From Eledone cirrhosa (Eukaryota): 64,000 nt of DNA. The stretch lies in the NCBI GenBank assembly GCA_964016885.1, contig OZ024740.1, forward strand, positions 442,184,001-442,248,000, read 5' to 3'. Position numbers and translations under genes: made by a program. The notes beneath the pieces are model-generated. The model made no database searches. It had not been told where the DNA came from and saw nothing but the letters and a program-made list of their open reading frames with translations. The number at the start of each line of letters is the position of its first letter. Position 1 is the first letter of the stretch. Below, piece by piece: positions 1 through 15,000 of this stretch.

Positions 1-3000
1 AAGACAGACATTACCAGGCTACAGCTGCCATATTATGTAGTTTCTACAACAGACCACAACAGTCACCAAATGGGGAAGACAAAAATTATCAGGCTAGAGC
101 TGCCATATTATATAGTTTCTACAACAGACCACAACAGTCACCAAATGGGGAGGACAGACATTATCAGGCTACAGCTGTCATATTATATACTTTCTACAAC
201 AGACCACAACAGTCACCAAATGGGGAAGACAGACATTATCAGGCTACAGCTGTCATATTATATAGTTTCTACAACAAACCACAACAGTCACCAAATGGGG
301 AAGACAGACATTATCAGGCTACAGCTGCCATATTATATAGTTTCTACAACAGACCACAACAGTCACCTAGTGGGGAAGACAGACATTATCAGGCTACAGC
401 TCCCATATTATATAGTTTCTACAACAGACCACAACAGTCACCAAATGGGGAAGACAGATGTTATCAGGCTACAGCTGTCATATTACATAGTTTCTACAAC
501 AGACCACAACAGTCACCAAATGGGGAAGACAGATATTATCAGGCTACAGCTGTCATATTACATAGTTTCTACAACAGACCACAACAGTCACCAAATGGGG
601 AAGACAGATATTATCAGGCTACAACTGCCATATTATATAGTTACTATAACAGACCACAACAGTCACCTAGTGGGGAAGTCAGACATTATCAGGCTACAGC
701 TGCCATATTATATAGTTTCTACAATAGACCACAACAGTCACCTAGTGGGGAAGACAGACATTATCAGGCTACAGCTGCCATACTACATAGTTTCTACAAC
801 AGACCACAACAGTCACCAAATGGGGAATACAGACATTATCAGGCTACAGCTGTCATATTATATAGTTTCTACGACAGACCACAACAGTCACCTAATGGGG
901 AAGACAGACATTATTAGGCTACAGCTGTCATATTATATAGTTTCTACAACAGACCACAACAGTCACCAAATGGGGAAGACAGACATTATCAGGCTACAGC
1001 TGACATATTATATAGTTTCTACAACAGACCACAACAGTTACCAAATGGAGAAGACAGACATTATTAGGCTACAGCTGCAATATTATATAGTTTCTATAAC
1101 ACACCACAACAGTCACCAAATGGGGAAGACAGACATTATCAGGCTACAGTTGCCATATTATATAGTTTCTACAACAGACCACAACAGTCACCAAATTGGG
1201 AAGACAGACATTATCAGGCTACAGCTGCCATATTATATAGTTTCTACAACAGACCACAACAGTCACAAAATGGGGAAGACAGACATTATCAGGCTACAGC
1301 TGTCATATTATATAGTTTCTATAACAGGACCACAACAGTCACCAAATGGGGAAGACAGACATTATCAGGCTACAGCTGCCATATTATATAGTTTCTAAAA
1401 CTGACCACAACAGTCACCTTGTGGGGAAGACAGACATTATCAGGCTACAGCTGCAATATTATATAGTTTCTAAAACTGACCACAACAGTCACCTTGTGGG
1501 GAAGACAGATATTATCAGGCTACAACTGCCATATTATATAGTTTCTACAACAGAACACAACAGTCACCAAATGGGGAAGACAGACATTATCAGTCTACAG
1601 CTGCCATATTATATAGTTTCTATAACAGGACCACAACAGTCACCAAATGGGGAGGCAGACATTATCAGGCTACAGCTGCCATATTATATAGTTTCTATAA
1701 CAGGACACAACAGTCACCAAATGGGGAAGACAGACATTATCAGGCTACAGCTGCAATATTATATAGTTTCTATGACACACCACAACAGTCACCAAATGGG
1801 GAAGACAGACATTATCAGGCTACAGCTGCCATATTATATAGTTTCTACAACAGACCACAACAGTCACCAAATGGGGAAGACAGACATTATCAGGCTACAG
1901 CTGTCCTATTATATATTTTCTATAACATGACCACAACAGTCACCAAATGGGGAAGACAGATATTATCAGGCTACAGCTGCAATATTATATAGTTTCTACA
2001 ACAGACCACAACAGTCACCTAGTGGGGAAGACAGACATTATCAGGCTACAGCAGTCATATTATATAGTTTCTATAACAGACCACAACAGTCACCAAGTGG
2101 GAAGGACAGACATTATCAGGCTACAGCTGTCATATTATATAGTTTCTATAACAGACCACAACAGCCACCAAATGGGGAAGACAGACGTTATCAGGCTACA
2201 GCTGTCATATTGTATAGTTTCTACAACAGACCACAACAGTCACCAAATGGGGAAGACAGACATTATCAGGCTACAGCTGACATATTATATAGTTTCTACA
2301 ACAGACCACAACAGTCACCAAATGGAGAAGACAGACATAATCAGTCTACAGCTGCCATATTATATAGTTTCTATAACAGGACCACAACAGTCACCAAATG
2401 GGGAGACAGACATTATCAGGCTACAGCTGCCATATTATATAGTTTCTATAACAGGACCACAACAGTCACCAAATGGGGAAGACAGACATTATCAGGCTAC
2501 AGCTGTCATATTATATAGTTTCTACAACAGACCACAACAGTCACCAAATGGAGAAGACAGACATTATTAGGCTACAGCTGCCATATTATATAGTTTCTAT
2601 AACAGGACCACAACAGTCACCAAATGGGGAGACTGACATTATCAGGCTACAGCTGCCATATTATATAGTTTCTACAACAGACCACAACAGTCACCAAATG
2701 GGGAGACAGACATTATCTGGCTACAGCTTTCATATTATATAGTTTCTACAACAGACCACAACAGTCACCAAATGGGGAGACAGACATTATCAGGCTACAG
2801 CTGTCATATTATATAGTTTCTACAACAGACCACAACAGTCACCAAATGGGGAGACAGACATTATCAGGCTACAGCTGCCATATTATATAGTTTCTACAAC
2901 AGACCACAACAGTCACCAAATGGGGAGACAGACATTATCAGGCTACAGCTGCCATATTATATAGTTTCTACAACAGACCACAACAGTCACCAAATGGGGA

Positions 3001-6000
3001 GACAGACATTATCAGGCTACAGCTGCCATATTATATAGTTTCTACAACAGACCACAACAGTCACCAAATGGGGAGACAGACATTATCAGGCTACAGCTGC
3101 CATATTATATAGTTTATACAACAGACCACAACAGTCACCAAATGGGAAGGCAGACATTATCAGGCTACAGCTGCCATATTATATAGTTTCTACAACAGAC
3201 CACAACAGTTACCAAATGGAGAAGACCGACATTATCAGGCTACAGCTGTCATATTATATAGTTTCTACAACAGACCACAACAGTCACGAAATGAGGAAGA
3301 CAGACATTATCAGGCTACAGCTGTCATATTATATAGTTTCTATAACAGGACCACAACTGTCACCAAATGGGGAAGACAGACATTATCAGGCTACAGCTGT
3401 CATATTATATAGTTTCTATAACAGACCACAACAGTCACCAAATGGGGAGACAGACATTATCAGGCTACAGCTGCCATATTATATAGTTTCTGTAACAGAC
3501 CACAACAGTCACCAAATGGGGAAGACAGACATTATCAGGCTACAGCTGCCATATTATATAGTTTCTACAACAGACCACAACAGTCACCTAGTGGGGAAGG
3601 CAGACATTATCAGGCTACAGCTGTCATATTATATAGTTTCTACAACAGACCACAACAGTCACCTAGTGGGGAAGGCAGACATTATCAGGCTACAGCTGTC
3701 ATATTATATAGTTTCTATAACAGGACCACAACAGCCACCAAATGGAGAAGACAGACATTATCAGGCTACAGCTGCCATATTATATAGTTTCTATGACACA
3801 CCACAACAGTCACCAAATGGGGAAGACAGACATTATCAGGCTACAGCTGCCATATTATATAGTTTCTACAACAGACCACAACAGTCACCAAATGGGGAAG
3901 ACAGACATTATCAGGCTACAGCTGTCATATTATATATTTTCTATAACATGACCACAACAGTCACCAAATGGGGAAGACAGATATTATCAGGCTACAGCTG
4001 CAATATTATATAGTTTCTACAACAGACCACAACAGTCACCTAGTGGGGAAGACAGATATTATCAGGCTACAGCAGTCATATTATATAGTTTCTATAACAG
4101 ACCACAACAGTCACCAAGTGGGGAGGACAGACATTATCAGGCTACAGCTGTCATATTATATAGTTTCTATAACAGACCACAACAGCCACCAAATGGGGAA
4201 GACAGACATTATCAGGCTACAGCTGTCATATTATATAGTTTCTACAACAGACCACAACAGTCACCAAATGGGGAAGACAGACATTATCAGGCTACAGCTG
4301 ACATATTATATAGTTTCTACAACAGACCACAACAGTCACCAAATGGAGAAGACAGACATAATCAGTCTACAGCTGCCATATTATATAGTTTCTATAACAG
4401 GACCACAACAGTCACCAAATGGGGAAGACAGACATTATCAGGCTACAGCTGTCATATTATACAGTTTCTACAACAGACCACAACAGTCACCAAATGGAGA
4501 AGACAGACATTATTAGGCTACAGCTGCCATATTATATAGTTTCTATAACAGGACCACAACAGTCACCAAATGGGGAGACTGACATTATCAGGCTACAGCT
4601 GCCATATTATATAGTTTCTACAACAGACCACAACAGTCACCAAATGGGGAGACAGACATTATCAGGCTACAGCTGTCATATTATATAGTTTCTACAACAG
4701 ACCACAACAGTCACCAAATGGGGAGACAGACATTATCAGGCTACAGCTGCCATATTATATAGTTTCTACAACAGACCACAACAGTCACCAAATGGGGAAG
4801 ACAGACATTATCAGGCTACAGCTGTCATATTATATAGTTTCTACAACAGACCACAACAGTCACCAAATGGAGAAGACAGACATTATTAGGCTACAGCTGC
4901 CATATTATATAGTTTCTATAACAGGACCACAACAGTCACCAAATGGGGAGACTGACATTATCAGGCTACAGCTGCCATATTATATAGTTTCTACAACAGA
5001 CCACAACAGTCACCAAATGGGGAGACAGACATTATCAGGCTACAGCTTTCATATTATATAGTTTCTACAACAGACCACAACAGTCACCAAATGGGGAGAC
5101 AGACATTATCAGGCTACAGCTGTCATATTATATAGTTTCTACAACAGACCACAACAGTCACCAAATGGGGAGACAGACATTATCAGGCTACAGCTGCCAT
5201 ATTATATAGTTTCTACAACAGACCACAACAGTCACCAAATGGGGAGACAGACATTATCAGGCTACAGCTGCCATATTATATAGTTTCTACAACAGACCAC
5301 AACAGTCACCAAATGGGGAGACAGACATTATCAGGCTACAGCTGCCATATTATATAGTTTCTACAACAGACCACAACAGTCACCAAATGGGGAGACAGAC
5401 ATTATCAGGCTACAGCTGCCATATTATATAGTTTCTACAACAGACCACAACAGTCACCAAATGGGAAGGCAGACATTATCAGGCTACAGCTGCCATATTA
5501 TATAGTTTCTACAACAGACCACAACAGTTACCAAATGGAGAAGACCGACATTATCAGGCTACAGCTGTCATATTATATAGTTTCTACAACAGACCACAAC
5601 AGTCACGAAATGAGGAAGACAGACATTATCAGGCTACAGCTGTCATATTATATAGTTTCTATAACAGGACCACAACTGTCACCAAATGGGGAAGACAGAC
5701 ATTATCAGGCTACAGCTGTCATATTATATAGTTTCTATAACAGACCACAACAGTCACCAAATGGGGAGACAGACATTATCAGGCTACAGCTGCCATATTA
5801 TATAGTTTCTGTAACAGACCACAACAGTCACCAAATGGGGAAGACAGACATTATCAGGCTACAGCTGCCATATTATATAGTTTCTACAACAGACCACAAC
5901 AGTCACCTAGTGGGGAAGGCAGACATTATCAGGCTACAGCTGTCATATTATATAGTTTCTACAACAGACCACAACAGTCACCTAGTGGGGAAGGCAGACA

Positions 6001-9000
6001 TTATCAGGCTACAGCTGTCATATTATATAGTTTCTACAACAAACCACAACAGTCACCAAATGGGGAAGACAGACATTATCAGGCTACAGCTGTCATATTA
6101 TATATTTTCTATAACATGACCACAACAGTCACCAAATGGGGAAGACAGATATTATCAGGCTACAGCTGCAATATTATATAGTTTCTACAACAGACCACAA
6201 CAGTCACCTAGTGGGGAAGACAGACATTATCAGGCTACAGCAGTCATATTATATAGTTTCTATAACAGACCACAACAGTCACCAAGTGGGGAGGACAGAC
6301 ATTATCAGGCTACAGCTGTCATATTATATAGTTTCTATAACAGACCACAACAGCCACCAAATGGGGAAGACAGACATTATCAGGCTACAGCTGTCATATT
6401 ATATAGTTTCTACAACAGACGACAACAGTCACCAAATGGGGAAGACAGACATTATCAGGCTACAGCTGACATATTATATAGTTTCTACAACAGACCACAA
6501 CAGTCACCAAATGGAGAAGACAGACATAATCAGTCTACAGCTGCCATATTATATAGTTTCTATAACAGGACCACAACAGTCACCAAATGGGGAGACAGAC
6601 ATTTTCAGGCTACAGCTGCCATATTATATAGTTTCTATAACAGGACCACAACAGTCACCAAATGGGGAAGACAGACATTATCAGGCTACAGCTGTTATAT
6701 TATATAGTTTCTACAACAGACCACAACAGTCACCAAATGGAGAAGACAGACATTATTAGGCTACAGCTGCCATATTATATAGTTTCTATAACAGGACCAC
6801 AACAGTCACCAAATGGGGAGACTGACATTATCAGGCTACAGCTGCCATATTATATAGTTTCTACAACAGACCACAAAAGTCACCAAATGGGGAGACAGAC
6901 ATTATCAGGCTACAGCTTTCATATTATATAGTTTCTACAACAGACCACAACAGTCACCAAATGGGGAGACAGACATTATCAGGCTACAGCTGTCATATTA
7001 TATAGTTTCTACAACAGACCACAACAGTCACCAAATGGGGAGACAGACATTATCAGGCTACAGTTACCATATTATATAGTTTCTACAACAGACCACAACA
7101 GTCACCAAATGGGGAGACAGACATTATCAGGCTACAGTTGCCATATTATATAGTTTCTACAACAGACCACAACAGTCACCAAATGGGGAGACAGACATTA
7201 TCAGGCTACAGCTGCCATATTATATAGTTTCTACAACAGACCACAACAGTCACCAAATGGGGAGACAGACATTATCAGGCTACAGCTGCCATATTATATA
7301 GTTTCTACAACAGACCACAACAGTCACCAAATGGGAAGACAGACATTATCAGGCTACAGCTGCCATATTATATAGTTTCTACAACAGACCACAACAGTTA
7401 CCAAATGGAGAAGACAGACATTATCAGGCTACAGCTGTCATATTATATAGTTTCTACAACAGACCACAACAGTCACCAAATGGGGAAGACAGACATTATC
7501 AGGCTACAGCTGCCATATTATATAGTTTCTACAACAGACCACAACAGTCACGAAATGAGGAAGACAGACATTATCAGGCTACAGCTGTCATATTATATAG
7601 TTTCTATAACAGGACCACAACAGTCACCAAATGGGGAGACAGACATTATCAGGCTACAGCTGCCATATTATATAGTTTCTGTAACAGACCACAACAGTCA
7701 CCAAATGGGGAAGACAGACATTATCAGGCTACAGCTGCCATATTATATAGTTTCTACAACAGACCACAACAGTCACCTAGTGGGGAAGGCAGACATTATC
7801 AGGCTACAGCTGTCATATTATATAGTTTCTACAACAGACCACAACAGTCACCTAGTGGGGAAGGCAGACATTATCAGGCTACAGCTGTCATATTATATAG
7901 TTTCTATAACAGGACCACAACAGCCACCAAATGGGGAAGACAGACATTATCAGGCTACAGCTGCAATATTATATAGTTTCTATAACAGACCACAACAGCC
8001 ACCAAATGGGGAAGACAGATATTATCAGGCTACAGCTGTCATATTATATAGTTTCTATAACAGGACCACAACAGCCACCAAATGGGGAAGACAGACATTA
8101 TCAGGCTACAGCTGCCATATTATATAGTTTCTATAACAGACCACAACAGCCACCAAATGAGGAAGACAGATATTATCAGGCTACAGCTGTCATATTATAT
8201 AGTTTCTATAACAGACCACAACAGCCACCAAATGGGGAAGACAGATATTATCAGGCTACAGCTGTCATATTATATAGTTTCTATAACAGGACCACAACAG
8301 TCACCAAATGGGGAAGACAGACATTATCAGGCTACAGCTGTCATATTATATAGTTTCTATAACACACCCCAACAGTCACCAAATGGGGAAGACAGATATT
8401 ATCAGGCTACAGCTGTCATATTATATAGTTTCTAGAACACAACTCAACAGTCACCAAATGGGGAAGACAGACATTATCAGGCTACAGCTGCCATATTATA
8501 TAGTTTCTACAACAGACCACAACAGTCACCAAATGGGGAAGACAGACATTATCAGGCTACAGCTGTCATATTATATAGTTTCTATAACAGGACCACAACA
8601 GTCACCAAATGGGGAAGGCAGACATTATCAGGCTACAGCTGTCATATTATATAGTTTCTATAACAGACCACAACAGTCACCAAATGGGGAGACAGACATT
8701 ATCAGGCTACAGCTGCAATATTATATAGTTTCTATAACAGACCACAACAGTCACCAAATGGGGAGACAGACATTATCAGGCTACAGCTGTTATATTATAT
8801 AGTTTCTACAACAGACCACAACAGTCACCTAGTGGGGAAGGCAGACATTATCAGGCTACAGCTGTCATATTATATAGTTTCTACAACAGACCACAACAGT
8901 CACCAAATGGGGAAGACAGACATTATTAGGCTACAGCTGTCATATTATATAGTTTCTATAACAGACCACAACAGCCACCAAATGGGGAAGACAGATATTA

Positions 9001-12000
9001 TCAGGCTACAGCTGTCATATTATATAGTTTCTATAACAGGACCACAACAGTCACCAAATGGGGAAGACAGATATTATCAGGCTACAGCTGCCATATTATA
9101 TAGTTTCTACAACAGACCACAACAGTCACCTAGTGGGGAAGACAGACATTATCAAGCTACAGCTGCCATATTATATAGTTTCTATAACACACCACAACAG
9201 TCACCAAATGAGGAAGACAGACATTATTAGGCTACAGCTGTCATATTATATAGTTTCTACAACAGACCACAACAGTCACCAAATGGGGAAGACAGACATT
9301 ATCAGGCTACAGCTGTCATATTATATAGTTTCTACTACAGACCACAACAGTCACCAAATGGGGAAGACAGACATTATCAGGCTACAGCTGCCATATTATA
9401 TAGTTTCTACAACAGACCACAACAGTCACGAAATGAGGAAGACAGACATTATCAGGCTACAGCTGTAATATTATATAGTTTCTATAACAGGACCACAACA
9501 GTCACCAAATGGGGAAGACAGACATTATCAGGCTACAGCTGCATATTATATAGTTTCTACAACAGACCACAACAGTCACCAAATGGGGAAGACAGACATT
9601 ATCAGGCTACAGCTGTCATATTATATAGTTTCTATAACAGGACCACAACAGTCACCAAATGGGGAAGACAGACATTATCAGGCTACAGCTGCCATATTAT
9701 ATAGTTTCTATAACACACCACAACAGTCACTAAATGGGGAAGACAGACATTATCAGGCTACAGCTGTCATATTATATAGTTTCTATAACAGGACCACAAC
9801 AGTCACCAAATGGAGAAGACAGATATTATCAGGCTACAGCTGCCATATTATATAGTTTCTACAACAGACCACAACAGTCACCTAGTGGGGAAGACAGACA
9901 TTATCAGGCTACAGCAGTCATATTATATAGTTTCTATAACAGACCACAACAGTCACCAAGTGGGGAGGACAGACATTATCAGGCTACAGCTGTCATATTA
10001 TATAGTTTCTATAACAGGACCACAACAGTCACCAAATGGGGAAGACAGACATTATCAGGCTACAGCTGTCATATTATATAGTTTCTATAACAGACCACAA
10101 CAGCCACCAAATGGGGAAGACAGACATTATCAGGCTACAGCTGTCATATTATATAGTTTCTACAACAGGCCACAACAGTCACCAAATGGGGAAGACAGAC
10201 ATTATCAGGCTACAGCTGCCATATTATATAGTTTCTACAACAGACCACAACAGTCACGAAATGAGGAAGACAGACATTATCAGGCTACAGCTGTCATATT
10301 ATATAGTTTCTATAACAGACCACAACAGTCACCAAATGGGGAAGACAGACATTATCAGGCTACAGCTGTCATATTATATAGTTTCTATAACAGACCACAA
10401 CAGTCACCAAATGGGGAGACAGACATTATCAGGCTACAGCTGCCATATTATATAGTTTCTATAACAGACCACAACAGTCACCAAATGGGGAGACAGACAT
10501 TATCAGGCTACAGCTGTTATATTATATAGTTTCTACAACAGACCACAACAGTCACCTAGTGGGGAAGGCAGACATTATCAGGCTACAGCTGTCATATTAT
10601 ATAGTTTCTACAACAGATCACAACAGTCACCTAGTGGGGAAGGCAGACATTATCAGGCTACAGCTGTCATATTATATAGTTTCTATAACAGACCACAACA
10701 GCCACCAAATGGGGAAGACAGATATTATCAGGCTACAGCTGTCATATTATATAGTTTCTATAACAGGACCACAACAGTCACCAAATGGGGAAGACAGATA
10801 TTATCAGGCTACAGCTGCCATATTATATAGTTTCTACAACAGACCACAACAGTCACCTAGTGGGGAAGGCAGACATTATCAGGCTACAGCTGTCATATTA
10901 TATAGTTTCTACAACAGACCACAACAGTCACCTAGTGGGGAAGACAGACATTATCAGGCTACAGCTGCCATATTATATAGTTTCTATAACACACCACAAC
11001 AGTCACCAAATGGGGAAGACAGACATTATCAGGCTACAGCTGTCATATTATATAGTTTCTACAACAGACCACAACAGTCACCAAATGGAGAAGACAGACA
11101 TTATCAGGCTACAGCTGCCATATTATATAGTTTCTATGACACACCACAACAGTCACCAAATGACGAAGACAGACATTATCAGGCTACAGCTGCCATATTA
11201 TATAGTTTCTACAACAGACCACAACAGTCACCAAATGGGGAAGACAGACAATATCAGGCTACAGCTGTCATATTATATAGTTTCTATAACAGGACCACAA
11301 CAGTCACCAAATGGGGAAGACAGATATTATCAGGCTACAGCTGCCATATTATATAGTTTCTACAACAGACCACAACAGTCACCTAGTGGGGAGACAGACA
11401 TTATCAGGCTACAGCTGTCATATTATATAGTTTCTATAACAGACCACAACAGTCACCAAGTGGGGAAGACAGACATTATCAGGCTACAGCTGTCATATTA
11501 TATAGTTTCTATAACAGACCACAAGAGCCACCAAATGGGGAAGACAGACATTATCAGGCTACAGCTGTCATATTATATAGTTTCTACAACAGACCACAAC
11601 AGTCACCAAATGGGGAAGACAGACATTATCAGGCTACAGCTGTCATATTATATTGTTTGTACAACAGACCACAACAGTCACCAAATGGGGAAGACAGACA
11701 TTATCAGGCTACAACTGCCATATTATATAGTTTCTACAACAGACCACAACAGTCACGAAATGAGGAAGACAGACATTATCAGGCTACAGCTGTCATATTA
11801 TATAGTTTCTATAACAGGACCACAACATTCACCAAATGGGTAAGACAGACATTATCAGGCTACAGCTGCCATATTATATAGTTTCTATAACACACCACAA
11901 CAGTCACCAAATGGGGAAGACAGACATTATCAGGCTACAGCTGTCATATTATATAGTTTCTACAACAGACCACAACAGTCACCAAATGGAGAAGACATAC

Positions 12001-15000
12001 ATTATCAGGCTACAGCTGTCATATTATATAGTTTCTATAACACACCACAACAGTCACCAAATGGGGAAGACAGACATTATCAGGCTACAGCTGCAATATT
12101 ATATAGTTTCTACAACAGACCACAACAGTCACCAAGTGGGGAGGACAGACATTATCAGGCTACAGCTGTCATATTATATAGTTTCTATAACAGACCACAA
12201 CAGCCACCAAATGGGGAAGACAGACATTATCAGGCTACAACTGTCATATTATATAGTTTCTACAACAGACCACAACAGTCACCAAATGGGGAAGACAGAC
12301 ATTATCAGGCTACAGCTGCATATTATATAGTTTCTACAAAAGACCACAACAGTCACCAAATGGGGAAGACAGACATTATCAGGCTACAGCTGTCATAATA
12401 TATAGTTTCTATAACAGACCACAACAGTCACCAAATGGGGAAGACAGACATTATCAGGCTACAGCTGCCATATTATATAGTTTCTACAACAGACCACAAC
12501 AGTCACCAAATGGAGAAGACAGACATTATTAGGCTACAGCTGCCATATTATATAGTTTCTATAACAGGACCACAACAGTCACCAAATGGGGAGACTGACA
12601 TTATCAGGCTACAGCTGTCATATTATATAGTTTCTATAACAGGACCACAACAGTCACCAAATGGGGAAGACAGATATTATCAGGCTACAGCTGCCATATT
12701 ATATAGTTTCTACAACAGACCACAACAGTCACCTAGTGGGGAGACAGACATTATCAGGCTACAGCTGTCATATTATATAGTTTCTATAACAGACCACAAC
12801 AGTCACCAAGTGGGGAAGACAGACATTATCAGGCTACAGCTGTCATATTATATAGTTTCTACAACAGACCACAACAGTCACCAAATGGGGAGACAGACAT
12901 TATCAGGCTACAGCTGCCATATTATATAGTTTCTACAACAGACCACAACAGTCACCAAATGGGGAGACAGACATTATCAGGCTACAGCTGCCATATTATA
13001 TAGTTTATACAACAGACCACAACAGTCACCAAATGGGAAGGCAGACATTATCAGGCTACAGCTGCCATATTATATAGTTTCTACAACAGACCACAACAGT
13101 TACCAAATGGAGAAGACCGACATTATCAGGCTACAGCTGTCATATTATATAGTTTCTACAACAGACCACAACAGTCACGAAATGAGGAAGACAGACATTA
13201 TCAGGCTACAGCTGTCATATTATATAGTTTCTATAACAGGACCACAACTGTCACCAAATGGGGAAGACAGACATTATCAGGCTACAGCTGTCATATTATA
13301 TAGTTTCTATAACAGACCACAACAGTCACCAAATGGGGAGACAGACATTATCAGGCTACAGCTGCCATATTATATAGTTTCTGTAACAGACCACAACAGT
13401 CACCAAATGGGGAAGACAGACATTATCAGGCTACAGCTGCCATATTATATAGTTTCTACAACAGACCACAACAGTCACCTAGTGGGGAAGGCAGACATTA
13501 TCAGGCTACAGCTGTCATATTATATAGTTTCTACAACAGACCACAACAGTCACCTAGTGGGGAAGGCAGACATTATCAGGCTACAGCTGTCATATTATAT
13601 AGTTTCTATAACAGGACCACAACAGCCACCAAATGGAGAAGACAGACATTATCAGGCTACAGCTGCCATATTATATAGTTTCTATGACACACCACAACAG
13701 TCACCAAATGGGGAAGACAGACATTATCAGGCTACAGCTGCCATATTATATAGTTTCTACAACAGACCACAACAGTCACCAAATGGGGAAGACAGACATT
13801 ATCAGGCTACAGCTGTCATATTATATATTTTCTATAACATGACCACAACAGTCACCAAATGGGGAAGACAGATATTATCAGGCTACAGCTGCAATATTAT
13901 ATAGTTTCTACAACAGACCACAACAGTCACCTAGTGGGGAAGACAGATATTATCAGGCTACAGCAGTCATATTATATAGTTTCTATAACAGACCACAACA
14001 GTCACCAAGTGGGGAGGACAGACATTATCAGGCTACAGCTGTCATATTATATAGTTTCTATAACAGACCACAACAGCCACCAAATGGGGAAGACAGACAT
14101 TATCAGGCTACAGCTGTCATATTATATAGTTTCTACAACAGACCACAACAGTCACCAAATGGGGAAGACAGACATTATCAGGCTACAGCTGACATATTAT
14201 ATAGTTTCTACAACAGACCACAACAGTCACCAAATGGAGAAGACAGACATAATCAGTCTACAGCTGCCATATTATATAGTTTCTATAACAGGACCACAAC
14301 AGTCACCAAATGGGGAGACAGACATTTTCAGGCTACAGCTGCCATATTATATAGTTTCTATAACAGGACCACAACAGTCACCAAATGGGGAAGACAGACA
14401 TTATCAGGCTACAGCTGTCATATTATATAGTTTCTACAACAGACCACAACAGTCACCAAATGGAGAAGACAGACATTATTAGGCTACAGCTGCCATATTA
14501 TATAGTTTCTATAACAGGACCACAACAGTCACCAAATGGGGAGACTGACATTATCAGGCTACAGCTGCCATATTATATAGTTTCTACAACAGACCACAAC
14601 AGTCACCAAATGGGGAGACAGACATTATCAGGCTACAGCTGTCATATTATATAGTTTCTACAACAGACCACAACAGTCACCAAATGGGGAGACAGACATT
14701 ATCAGGCTACAGCTGCCATATTATATAGTTTCTACAACAGACCACAACAGTCACCAAATGGGGAAGACAGACATTATCAGGCTACAGCTGTCATATTATA
14801 TAGTTTCTACAACAGACCACAACAGTCACCAAATGGAGAAGACAGACATTATTAGGCTACAGCTGCCATATTATATAGTTTCTATAACAGGACCACAACA
14901 GTCACCAAATGGGGAGACTGACATTATCAGGCTACAGCTGCCATATTATATAGTTTCTACAACAGACCACAACAGTCACCAAATGGGGAGACAGACATTA